A stretch of 64,000 nt of DNA from Okamejei kenojei (lineage: Eukaryota): NCBI GenBank assembly GCA_035221665.1, contig CM069141.1:47244001-47308000 (forward strand), written 5' to 3'. The notes beneath the pieces were generated by a model, which had not been told where the DNA came from, searched no databases, and saw nothing but the letters and a program-made list of their open reading frames with translations. Shown here one piece after another: positions 1 through 10,590 of the stretch. The translations under genes and the position numbers were made by a program. Each line of letters begins with the position of its first letter. The first letter of the stretch is position 1.

Positions 1-2
1 AA

Positions 3-347
3 CTGGGTTTTTTTTCTCATCCAAATGTTTATTTAATCGTCATTTTCAGTTGTACGTCCGCTGTCTTTCTACTGTTCATCGTTCTGTTGATTGGGATCAA
101 GTGTAAACAGGACAGAAGTATTATCCAAGGGTATAACTCCCCCAGTTATTGCTGCAATCGTGGAGATTCTCAGGGCACGTTTAATGGAAGAGCCGGCATG
201 GAGGAAACTTTACGCTATCCTGGGACAGGCCGTGTCGCCCGCGAGCCAGAATCGCATCAGTACTCTGTATGTCTGTCTCCAGAGTCAGCTAAAAGCGATT
301 TTCTCTTCTTGGAACCACGCGAAGCTCCTGTCTCTCAGGCTCAATGA
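3..347 (+). CDS. 3' end (TM + short cytoplasmic tail) of a clustered protocadherin exon that begins upstream of the window
   Basis: Open frame from base 3: LGFFSHPNVYLIVIFSCTSAVFLLFIVLLIGIKCKQ...YSVCLSPESAKSDFLFLEPREAPVSQAQ*, the same tail as the intact paralogs. Whether the upstream part is intact cannot be seen. Confidence 0.8.
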   Translation: MGFFSHPNVYLIVIFSCTSAVFLLFIVLLIGIKCKQDRSIIQGYNSPSYCCNRGDSQGTFNGRAGMEETLRYPGTGRVAREPESHQYSVCLSPESAKSDFLFLEPREAPVSQAQ

Positions 348-884
348 TGGGTATCTTTAATGCATGGCCACTTAATATGAATCCATTATTCTATACAAAT
401 ATATGAATGGTTGTGTATGTAACATTTCAGTAAATAAGTACTTCTGACTGAAGGAGTGGTTCGATCCGAAATTTCCTCTATCCACCCCCTTCGGTTTTTC
501 ATGTCTGCGCAGAAATGGGCCAGTTGGTGTCATTGTCGAAATTAACATTCTCATCAAATGCAATCCAGTCTTCTAATAGTGGCACCGATTTTCTCTGCAG
601 GAACCTTACTATTTGAAATTGAATGGGCGTACACAAATGCAATCAAGCCTTCATGCAAGAGTGGTACAAATGTTATTTGTTCAATTACGCGAAAGATCGT
701 TCTGTATGGATCTCATTGTTTGCTAATGTGTTAATATTGGAACACTGCCATCAGAGCATTCATCTATAAGATAATCCATAGCATAAAAAAAGTAAAAATT
801 ATAATCCGGGACATTTCAAATGAAGACAACATTATTGTATACAATATGGTGATGCTGGAATCTTAGGGGGTGGGGGTTGCCTCA

Positions 885-1055
885 ATCATCTCTAACTGCT
901 CACCCTGGCCACAAACTCTTTGAAGCACTTCCATCTGGAAAGCGACTCCGGACTGTCAAAACCGCCACAGCCAAAAAAAAAAAAAAAACAGCCCCCCTCC
1001 CCCCCCCCCCCCACGAGCAGTAGCTCTACTCAATAACCAAAAGTTTGTAGCCTCC
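885..1055 (+). mobile_element. Rex1/Babar-like LINE 3' fragment
   Basis: Translates HPGHKLFEALPSGKRLRTVKTATA..., the typical C-terminal end of Rex1-type ORFs. Confidence 0.55.
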
Positions 1056-1061
1056 TTCGCT

Positions 1062-1405
1062 CTGGGTTTTTTTCTGATCCAAATGTTTATTTAATCGTCA
1101 TTTTCAGCTGACCTTCAGCTTTCTTTCTTCTCATCATCATTCTGTTGATTGGCATCAAGTGTAAACAGGACAGAAGTATTATTCAAGGGTATAACTCCCC
1201 CAGTTATTGTTACAATCGTGGATATGAGGAGGGCACGTTTAATGGAAATGCCGTAATGGAGGAAACTTTACGTTATCTTGCGACAGTGCGGGTATCCCGC
1301 GCGCCAGAATCGCATCCGTACTCCGTCTGTCTGTCTCCAGAGTCAGCTAAAAGCGATTTTCTCTTCTTGAAGCCATTCGGAGCTCCTGTCTCCCAGGCTC
1401 AATGA
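1062..1405 (+). pseudogene. Duplicated protocadherin 3' fragment (TM + tail only)
   Basis: Close copy of 3-347 with an in-frame TGA in the TM segment (ttc agc tga cct). No cadherin repeats upstream. Confidence 0.85.
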
Positions 1406-2060
1406 TGGGTATCTTTAACGAATGTCCACTTTATATGAATTCATTATTCTATACAAATATATGAATGGTTGTGTATGTAATATTTCAGAAAATAAGTACT
1501 TCTGTCTGAAGAAGTGGCCCGATCCGAAATCTCGCCTATCCACCCCCTCCCCCCTCCGAGATGCTCCGTGGCCCGCTGAGATACTCTGGCACAATGACCT
1601 TTACTCTAGATTCCAGCATCTGCAGTCACCTTATTAAAAACTTAGTCGGCTCCTTCGGTTTTCGATGTCTGCGCAAAGAGGGGCCAATTGGTGTAATGGT
1701 CGAAATTAACATTTTCCTCAATCTTCCAAGAGTGGTACCGATTTTCTCTGAAGGGGATCTTACTATTTGCAATTAAATGGGAGTAGACAAGTGCAATCAA
1801 TTCTTCAAGCAAGAGTTGTACAAATGCTATTTGTTCAATTAAGCGAATGATCTTTCTGCCTGGATCAATTTGTTTGCGAATGTGTTAATATTGGAACACT
1901 GCAATCAGAGCATTAATCGACAAGATAATCCATAGCATAAAAAAGTAGAAAATCCAAACGGAGACATTTCAATTTAAGACAACATTATTGAATACAATAT
2001 GGTGATGCTGGAATCTTGAGTGGGGTGGGGGGGGGGGGGGGGGAAGCTGTCGGCGAAGAA

Positions 2061-2300
2061 GAGCGGCACAATGTCCCAGCGGTAGAATTGCTGCCTTAAA
2101 ACGTCAGAGTTCAATCCTGACTATACGGTGCTGGCTGTATGGAGTTTGTACGTTCCCCCTGTGACCGCGTGAGTTTTATCCGAGTACTTTGGTTTTCTCC
2201 TACATACCAAAAACATGCAGGTTTATAGTTTAATTAACTTCTGTGAATTCCCTCTAGAGTTTAAAATGCGAAAGTGGTACAGCATAGAATTGTTGTATGG
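2061..2300 (+). mobile_element. HE1/V-SINE-like tRNA-derived SINE
   Basis: gcggcacaatg...cagcggtagaattgctgcct...gttcaatcctgac (A/B-box-like), then the V-domain-like tgtatggagtttgtacgttccccctgtgaccgcgtgagtttt. Confidence 0.7.
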
Positions 2301-2439
2301 GTGGTCTGAAAATCTTCCTGATATGCATTCAAGCCAATGATGCCCCAGCTGAGCAGCAGTAAATGTAAAACTGGAAACTTGATCATCCTGGATAAAAAAT
2401 GACAAACAAGCAACAAGGTGGAGTGGTCTACTGATCCTA

Positions 2440-2700
2440 GTTCGTTCAACTACTAGTTCGTTCTTGTTCATCCTGTTCGGCCTCTTGGTCTCCACATATC
2501 CCCTCGCTATCACCTTTTCCACGGACAACAAATGGCCAATGCGCACTCCTCTTATCCTTTGTCATCTGAGTCTTTTCATACCTCTAGTTTCCCTCTCTCT
2601 TAACTCTCAGTGTGAAGAAGGGTCCGACCCGAAACGATACCTCTTCGTTTTCTCCAGAGAAGCTGCCTGACCTGCTAAGTTACTCCAGCAATTTGTGTCT
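2440..2700 (+). mobile_element. Penelope-like element terminal fragment
   Basis: gaagaagggtccgacccgaaacg...gctgcctgacctgctaagttactccagca, the same terminus as the Penelope-like element at 21380. Shorter copies occur throughout the window. Confidence 0.55.
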
Positions 2701-2705
2701 ATTTT

Positions 2706-3228
2706 CCAGTGTGTTCAATGTTGGTCAGAACTCCGGTGAAATCAGAACAGCTTGAAAACAATATTGGAGTCAGATACCTCTGCACATTCTCTCGTGTTAT
2801 TAGTGAAGGACAATAGGCAACCAAGCCACTCCAACTGGGTTACTGCCCACATTTCGGTTTTAGTCGAGAATCGTGAATATGCCTCCAAACAAAATCTTTG
2901 ATTGGTCGGCCTTTCCGGCTGCATTTTCATTCTCTTTCGTGCGTCATCATTCTGCTAATTGGCATCAAGTTCAAACAGAACAGGAATCCCGTGCGAGGGC
3001 ACATAACTCCTAATCGCACATAACTACTAATCCAAACCTGGAGATTCCGACGATTCTTTCCACCCAAGACATGCAACGAAGGAAACATTGCGCTATCCCG
3101 GGACCAGCAGAATGACCCACGTGGCAGAATCGCATCATTACACTGTCTGTTTGTCTCCAGATTCGACGAAACGCGATTTAAACTTTTTGAAGCCTTGTAC
3201 CGTTCGCAATTATCAGGCCAAAAGCTAA
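2706..3228 (+). pseudogene. Degenerate protocadherin fragment (EC6-TM-tail)
   Basis: ccagtgtgttcaatgttggtcagaactccggtgaaatcagaaca (PSVFNVGQNSGEIRT), LVLLVKDN, IILLIGIKFKQ and VCLSPDSTKRD...LKP, with frameshifts and deletions. Confidence 0.85.
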
Positions 3229-3899
3229 ATTGCAACAATCCGGTAATGCGAAGAAAAATTGCCAATTTATGGACGGATCTCTTCATACCTGGGAATGTGG
3301 GTCACTGTGCGTAAAGTATTTAGAGAAATATTCAATTTCTGTATGTTTCCTTTGGTGTATTTCTGGACGAGGGCTGGTGTTTGGTTATACTAATAGTCTA
3401 AAATAAAGGTTACGCTAATTATGACCCAACCGTCTGTAATTCGTTTCTGTTAATTTGGAAGGTAATTGTACTACTAGTTAGTGAATGGGCTTCACGTTGA
3501 GGTGACACAAGGAATTGCATATCTTGGAATTTTGAACTAAGTACAAAGTGCTGGAGGAAGTCAACGGCTCAGCCAGTGTCTGCGGAGGGAATGGACAGAC
3601 AACCTTTAGAGTCAGAATCCACCTTCAGAGGCCCGGGATGGACTGTCTGGGGTTAATGTCAGCCGAAAAGTTACATGTCACAAAGTAAGCAAATTGCATA
3701 GAGAAAAAGGTTGACACAAAATACTGGAGTAACTCAGCGGGAGCGGCAGCATCTGTGGAGTGAAGCAATGCGTGACGTTTCGGGTCGAGACCCTGGGGGT
3801 GAGTGGAGGGGGGGGGGGGGAGGGGAGGGGGGGTGGGGGTGAGGGGAGGGAGGGGTGAGGGGAGAGGGTGGGGGGGGAGGACACCTCATTAAATAGTGA

Positions 3900-4180
3900 T
3901 AGGCCTAGAGAGAGTGGAAGTGGAGACGACGTTTCCACCAGTGGGTGAGTATGATCTGAGAGCAGAACCGCGGAATGAAAGGGTGTATGTTTAGAAAGAA
4001 AAGGAGGAATTTGAGGGAGGTGACTCTGTGGAAATCATTGCCACAGAAGGCTGTGGAGGCCAGTTCATTTGATATTTTTAAAGCGGAGATTGAAACGTTC
4101 TTGACAAAAGTTACTGTAAGATGGCATGAAAATGGTTTGCAGAGGGGAATATAGATCACCCATCGTTGAATGACGAAGTC
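3900..4180 (+). mobile_element. Old CR1 LINE 3' fragment
   Basis: Degenerate ORF2 end (LWKSLPQKAVEASSFDIFKAEI). Confidence 0.65.
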
Positions 4181-4189
4181 GGCTCAATA

Positions 4190-4905
4190 TACAATAGGTG
4201 CAGGAGTAGGCCATTCGGCCTTACGAGCTAGCACCGCCATTCACTGCGATCATGGCTGATCATCCACAATGAGTATCCCGTTCCTGCCTTCTCCCCATAT
4301 CCTTTGACTCCACTATCCTTAAGAGCTCTATCTAACTCTCTCTTGAAAGCATCCAGACAATTGGTCTCCACTGCCTTCTGAGGCAGAGAATTCCACAGAT
4401 TCACAACTCTCTGGGTGAAAAACGTTTTCCTCCTCTCCGTTCTAAATTGCCTACCCCTTATTCTTAAACTGTTGCCCCTGATTCTGGACTCCTCCAACAT
4501 AGGGAACATGTTTCCTGCCTCTAACATGTCCAATCCCTTAATAATATGTTTCAATAAGATCCCCTCTCATCCTAAATTCCAGTTTATACCAGCCCAGTCT
4601 CTCCGTTTTATCAACACATGACTGTCCCCCCCCCCCCCCCCCCCCCCCCATCCCAGGAATTAACCCCATGAACCTACGCTGCAGGCCGTCAATAGCAATA
4701 ATGTATTTCCTCATATTTGGTGACCAAAACTGCACACACTACTCCCGGTGTGGTATCATTAGGGCCCTCTATAACTGAAGAAGGACCTCTTTGCTCCTTT
4801 ACTCAACTCCTCTTGTTATGAAACCAACATGTCATTAGCTTTCTTCATTGCCTGCTGGACCTGCATGTTTACTTTCAGTGACTGATGAACAAAGGTCCCC
4901 AGATC
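4190..4905 (-). mobile_element. CR1 LINE 3' fragment
   Basis: Minus-strand ORFs QFWSPNMRK... and FFTQRVVNLWNSLPQKAVE, plus the CR1 3' UTR. Confidence 0.9.
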
Positions 4906-5137
4906 TTGCTGGGACGAATAGCCCAATTCTGATCCTATGACTTATAAATTTACGAATTCATACCAGAATAATTACTTTAGCCCTGGATCGATATATTGGG
5001 GCGAAGAATCTTCATTTTAGTTCGCTTGTATGATTTCGCAACTCTATTGCTGAGCAAAAGAGTTGCGAAATACATTGAATACGTCAGTGTCTGTTTTATG
5101 GCTGTACAATGTTAAATATTTGAGTGGATATTCTATC

Positions 5138-5193
5138 TTTAAGAATAGCCGTTGCAGTTATTGAATGGGACCGTTGTGTCGCTGTGTACCAAT
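5138..5193 (+). promoter_or_regulatory. Protocadherin promoter conserved sequence element (CSE-like, CGCT + CCAAT), orphaned
   Basis: ctttaagaa...tgcagttattgaa...tgtgtcgctgtgtaccaat, matching the element upstream of every intact gene. Confidence 0.8.
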
Positions 5194-5199
5194 AGTAAG

Positions 5200-5727
5200 C
5201 TGTTATCTCGGGATTAACTCGATGAAAGGCACAATTTACGCACTGCGCCCTTTTGACTATAAAAAACGCAATAACGTCCAGGTCCGTTCAAGCTCGTAAT
5301 GCTGGAGTGCCCCCGCTATGTAGCAGCACTACAGTGAACGTGATTAATCTGGATCAAAATAACCACACTCCGGTCATAGTTTCGCCCACAGTGCAGAAGG
5401 GATCTGCAGCAGTGGAGACCTTGGCCCAAAATGCGGTTCCATGGCACTTGATCACAAAAATAACGGCAACGGATGAAGATTCTGTTCACAACGCACGACT
5501 CTCCTATCTGGTCCCGGTTTGTTCAATGTTGGGCAAAATTACGGTGAAATCCGATTAGCCCACAATATTTTTGAAACAGATTCAATTTCACAAACCCTTG
5601 TCATTTTAGTGAAAGGCAATGGGCTGCCATTGGATTACTGTTCTGGAGAAGATCACTGATACAATTTCTGGACGAAGTTATGTACCAACGACTCCCAACA
5701 TGTCACTGCCCTGAATGTATCTTTAAT
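5200..5727 (+). pseudogene. Protocadherin pseudogene, EC5-EC6 part (5' piece, split by DIRS)
   Basis: INSMKGTIYALRPFDY..., ARNAGVPPL, LDQNNHTPVIVSP, ITKITATDEDS. Ends at the start of the TM. Confidence 0.88.
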
Positions 5728-8700
5728 AGTAAGAATAAATGAGAACTTACCAGTTTGAAGTTTGATCTTTATTTTATGAGGAGTTACGATGAGGGATTAC
5801 GTGAAGACCCCGCCAGCACGCATGCGCGTCATTCTTCAAAGCAGTGGTGTGAAATCACATATACCAGAGTAGACTAATATAGTCCGATAAGAGAGAACTT
5901 CCATACCAGTTAAACTTTATAATAGAGTGTTTTGGGAGCGGAGGGCACGTAATCCCTCATCGTAACTCCTCATAAAATAAAGATCAAACTTCAAACTGAT
6001 AAGTTCTCATTTAATCTTACTATTTTACTTCGGAGTCACGTGATTTCGTGAGCTGGAACGAGTCCATGCTCACACACTGCCATTCTGGGAAGGAGGATGA
6101 ACGTATTTCACACACAACACTGTGCTGAAAAACAATAAAGGTATTATTCATACCTAAAATAATATGCCCCACATTGGGTAATTTATTTTACACAACTTAA
6201 ATTTTCCCTGCAAACGTCTCAGGAGCGGCCACGGGTTTATTATAAAGCATTGAAATTCGTTCATTGCTCCAACCGCCTGTGGCAAGGATGTGGTCCATAG
6301 GAACTCCCATCATCCTTGCGTCCGATGTAGATGCAGCCCTGGTGGAGTGAGAATTGAAAACATTAGTATCCACCGCTGCACGTAATACCACCCTAACCAT
6401 CTGGATATGGTTTGCACTGTGACCTTAGGTGAGGGCGTTTATGGCTCATGAGAAAAGCTCTCTCCATGCTCCTAAGTGTCTTGGTGACTCTATATATTGC
6501 AAAATATGTGTCACTATGCAGGGCCGACTATCTGCAGGATAGGCCAGAACTCAAATTTTGGCCAGAGGAACCGGGTCGGTCTTGTTTAAGTACCCCTGTA
6601 TGTAGCAGGTTATCTGCCATTTGTGACATACATGACGTCCAATACTAGCTTGTGTAAGGACTGGACCCGCTGTGCTGATCCAAGTGCCATAATCATTCCC
6701 ATCTAGGATATTAGTTTGTCCAGAGTGAGCCCCGATATTGGTGTCCATCCTCGTAACATGGTTTATACTATACCTATGTCCCATGTATGGGTGTATCTGG
6801 GCCTGGGGGGATAGAGTAAAAATACCCCTCATTCGTTTAGGTACTAGTGGGTGTGATCCTATAGCCAGGTGATCACTCCCTCTGCCCAGATATTAGATAG
6901 GGCACGCCTTGCACAATAATGGCACTGTAACTCAATCCTTCATCGAAATGAAGGGTGGCCTGAACTCCAGCACTTCAGTGTTGGTGGCCGAGTCATATGT
7001 AGTGTTCGTCCTGGTGCAGAACACTTCCCATTTCCTGACATATGTCAGGTACTGTCTTCTCGTGGACCCCCTGCACGACGCTGAGATGGCATTGATTGTC
7101 CTGTCGGAGAGTCCGTATCCCAGAAATGGCCTGTTCAGAATCTGCAAATCAACAAGTTCATACGGGCATGGCACGGATAACTTTCCCATCTCGGGGTGTA
7201 CCAACAACTCGGCCGTTGTTGATCCAGATGCAGGGTTCTGAGGCCATCTTTGTACTGTTGGAAACCATGGTGCCCGTGGCGGAGTTTTGTTTAATTATTG
7301 TAAGACCCGCCTGATGAGGCAGAAGGGGAAAATGCATAGCAAAACAAATCCCCCCCCAATGCAGTGAGAAAGCATCCATCGCTGCTGCCCCTGGGTCTGG
7401 TTCCCAAGCAACATTTGTTGGTAGTTGGTGATTTAGTCTGGATGGAAAAAAGGTCGATATCTGGTGTCCCATACCGTTCTATAATATCAGTTAACACTTT
7501 CCGATCCAACATCCATTTAATGTTGACGTTAAATTTATGTGACCTGGTGTCTGCCACTGTATTTAGCTTACCTGGAAGGTAAGTGGTTGAGATCCAAATC
7601 TCTCTCCCAGCCACCAGTGCCAGATATTATTAGCCAATTCATCACATGATATCGTCTTTATTTCACCCATATGAATATATATAGGCCACCACTGTGGTAT
7701 TATCAATTTGTACCGTACATGCAACTGGTGCATATCTGAGCAGGAGGCCCTGAGTCCATGAAATGCACCCAGCATTTCTAGATAATTAATCCCGAGTGCT
7801 TTAACAGGGTTAATTTTTGTGCACTTCATCTGCCACCACAACTTATGGTGGTATTAGTTGCTCCCCAACCTTTAGCACTGGCATCAGTCTGTAAAGTAAC
7901 CTAGGGATATATGATAGTGATGGGGTTAGAACAATGCTGAGCATTTCTATCCATCAGTTTAATTCTGATTTTTCTTTCCCTGGTAGTTTCATAGGCCTAT
8001 CGAAATGGCCTGCATGATTTTTGAGAGCTAAAATTTCGCTCTTACAGGTTTTAATAATGGAGTGGTCCAGATTGTGCTGCTGGGAATACAGCCACCAATT
8101 TCCCAATCACTCTGGCTCCTTGCCGAATGGATGGTTCCCTGATGCCAGTGAGGCTTTTGTATGCTCCCATCAAGTCTGTCACTTTGTTTGGTGGCAAGGT
8201 GATAGACATATGAACAGTCAATAGTGAACCCCAAATAATCCATGGTAGTCGAGGGTTCCAATTTTGATTTATCTGGATGCATGTTAAATCCCAGCTTTTG
8301 AAAAAGATGTTTTGTGGCTGATACTGCCAATGTAGCCATCTCCAAATTCTCACCTATAATGAGAATTTTATCAAGGTAAGCCATGACGATATGGTTATGT
8401 TTCCTTACGTATGCTAAAGCTGGTTTTAATAATTTTGTAACAGCCTGGGTGCTGATGACAACCCATTGGGTAAGGCCTTATACTGCCATAGCTGTCCCAT
8501 CCAGGGTAAATTTCAGGTATTTACGATGATCCTTGTGTGTGACAAATGTGTCCATTTTGAAATGGGCATACTGAACGGAAGTATTTAGTTCAGTCAAATC
8601 TATAATGATGTGGCAACCGCCATCTTTTTAGTTTTTTGTAACCGCCATCTTTTTAGTTTTTTGTAAATATATTTGATACAAACTCTTGAAATTCTCTGAT

Positions 8701-10315
8701 TGTCTTCTCAATTACCCCATTTGTGTTTAGTCTTAACAGTTCAGCATAGCCTGCTGTTCTCTCTTTTTGTGAAGTATGAACTTTCTGCTAGACGTATGCT
8801 GAACTGGGACAGGGAGTTCTTGTACAAATTCAATTTTGTAATTCTGAATACTTCCGAGTATGTAAAAGATCAGAGGGAAAAATGCAGCACACATGATGAA
8901 ACAAGTGCAACCGTCCAACTTTTGATGAATCAGACATGCAATGTTTTTGAGGCAACTAGACCAACCTACATCCATGGTTACCACCGGTGTTGTGTGGGTT
9001 GGCTCTGCACTTGTTTCTTCTGGTACTGTGTTGCTGCGTTGTGGGGTTGGTTCATTTTCCATGAAGGCCGGGCTGGGCCATGGTCTGAAAGGTCTCGAAG
9101 GCCAGCATTAGGGGTGAGAGCTGGTCCATGGTCTCGAAGGCCAGCCTTCGAGCTTTCACCACCAGATGGTCTTCCATAGTACCGATGTCTGGTGGGTTTG
9201 TAGGGGTGCTGCCGCTGCTGATAGTGGGTTTTAGAGCTGTTTGGCACCTTGATCAGGCCTATAGCCTTGGTTTCCTCATCCAGGTCTTTCACCTGCTTCG
9301 GGAGGTGTCTCCAACAGCAATTTTGGCGGCTGTGTGCTACTGGTCTTGCATAATCCCGCACTTCTTGATGATGCTCTTCCCATAACTGTTAATCTCGAAC
9401 TGAGTATTACACAGTCTGCTAGAGCATCTCGTAGCTCTTCAGGCAAATCAACCCCATCAGTTGTCCTGGTACTGGTGTGATTTTAGCAACCAACAGTTTT
9501 CTGTGGAGCTTCTTCTCCTGGCTCGTTATAGATGGGCTCCTGTTGCCCCAGATGTAGTTGTAGACTGCTGGTACTTTAAGAGAATGCAGTCCTCTGGAGC
9601 GAAGTATTTCCCAGCCGTAGAGTTAATGGCTTGCTCCTGCAGCTGGTTTGTAGCCCTGTATTTTGTACTGGCTTGCAGCTTGGGATGTATAGGCAGTCCT
9701 TCCTGAGTTGGTACAGCATGTTTTCCCATGCCCCACAATTCTTCTGCTGTTCTCTCTTCTGGCACCCCTCCACAGTTGACTGTTCAGCCATTGCCCCTTT
9801 TTCAGGGTCAGCCCAGCTCTGACCCCTAATGCTCCCCTCCGAAGTGGGTGAGATATTTGGCAGTCCTTGAAAGGATGCTGCCATCGGTCTGTGAGGAGAC
9901 CCACTGTGACTCTGCCCCTGCATAAGCAGGTCACGCTGGAGCACTGCTCCCCATCCGCTCCTGGAACGGTTGTCTTCAGGTCCGGACCCAGCCGAGTCAA
10001 CGGTCCTGTCCGACTTCCGGTTAGTTAGCCGCCGACCGCGGTGCACCTGCGGTCTGTAGCGGCGAGAAGTCGGGAGCTGCTGGCAGCACCTGCAGCTCTG
10101 GAGAGACGGCACGCTGCTGGCTGTTTCCACAGCAGCGGTATTAGCCGCTGCGTTCCCTTACGCGACTCCATGGTGCTTCCTCCTCTGAAAAAGAAATACA
10201 CCGAGTCGCCACGCTCACCAGAAAAGGTAAGACTTACCTTCAGTAAGTTTTGAAAACTTAGGCTGGAGGAGCGGCGCTCCTCCCGACTGTCGCTTCCGTG
10301 ACTCCGAAGTAAAAT
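5725..10315 (-). mobile_element. DIRS-type tyrosine-recombinase retrotransposon, near full length, decayed
   Basis: Minus-strand remnants in order: gag-like (~9400-9000), RT (YLDKILIIG, 8384-8028), RNase H (TDASAKGWG; INYLEMLGAF), MT-like (LPGKLNTVAD, DLF, DAF..W) and YR (HSTRAASTS...GGW, 6400-6197). An internal region 5947-6040 is complementary to both termini. Confidence 0.92.
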
Positions 10316-10590
10316 TGTAGCTTTCGGTTGCACTTCCGTTCTATTTCTTGTGATCATCACTCTGTTGATCGATATCAAATGTAAGCAGGATAGCATTGTT
10401 AACCATGACAATAATCCTTCGAGTCGTTGTTACAAATTCGGAGATTCTCAAGATACGTTTAACCGAGGACCTGCATTGGAGGAGACCTTGCGCTTCCAGG
10501 GGATTAGCCGTATAGTCCATGTTCCAGATGCACAGCATTATTCGGTTTGTCTATCAGGAAGAGCGATTTTCTCTTTATAAAGCCATGCGC
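10316..10590 (+). pseudogene. Protocadherin pseudogene, TM + tail (3' piece after DIRS)
   Basis: VAFGCTSVLFLVIITLLIDIKCKQ...EETLRFQG...HYSVCLS resumes exactly where 5727 stopped. Confidence 0.88.
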
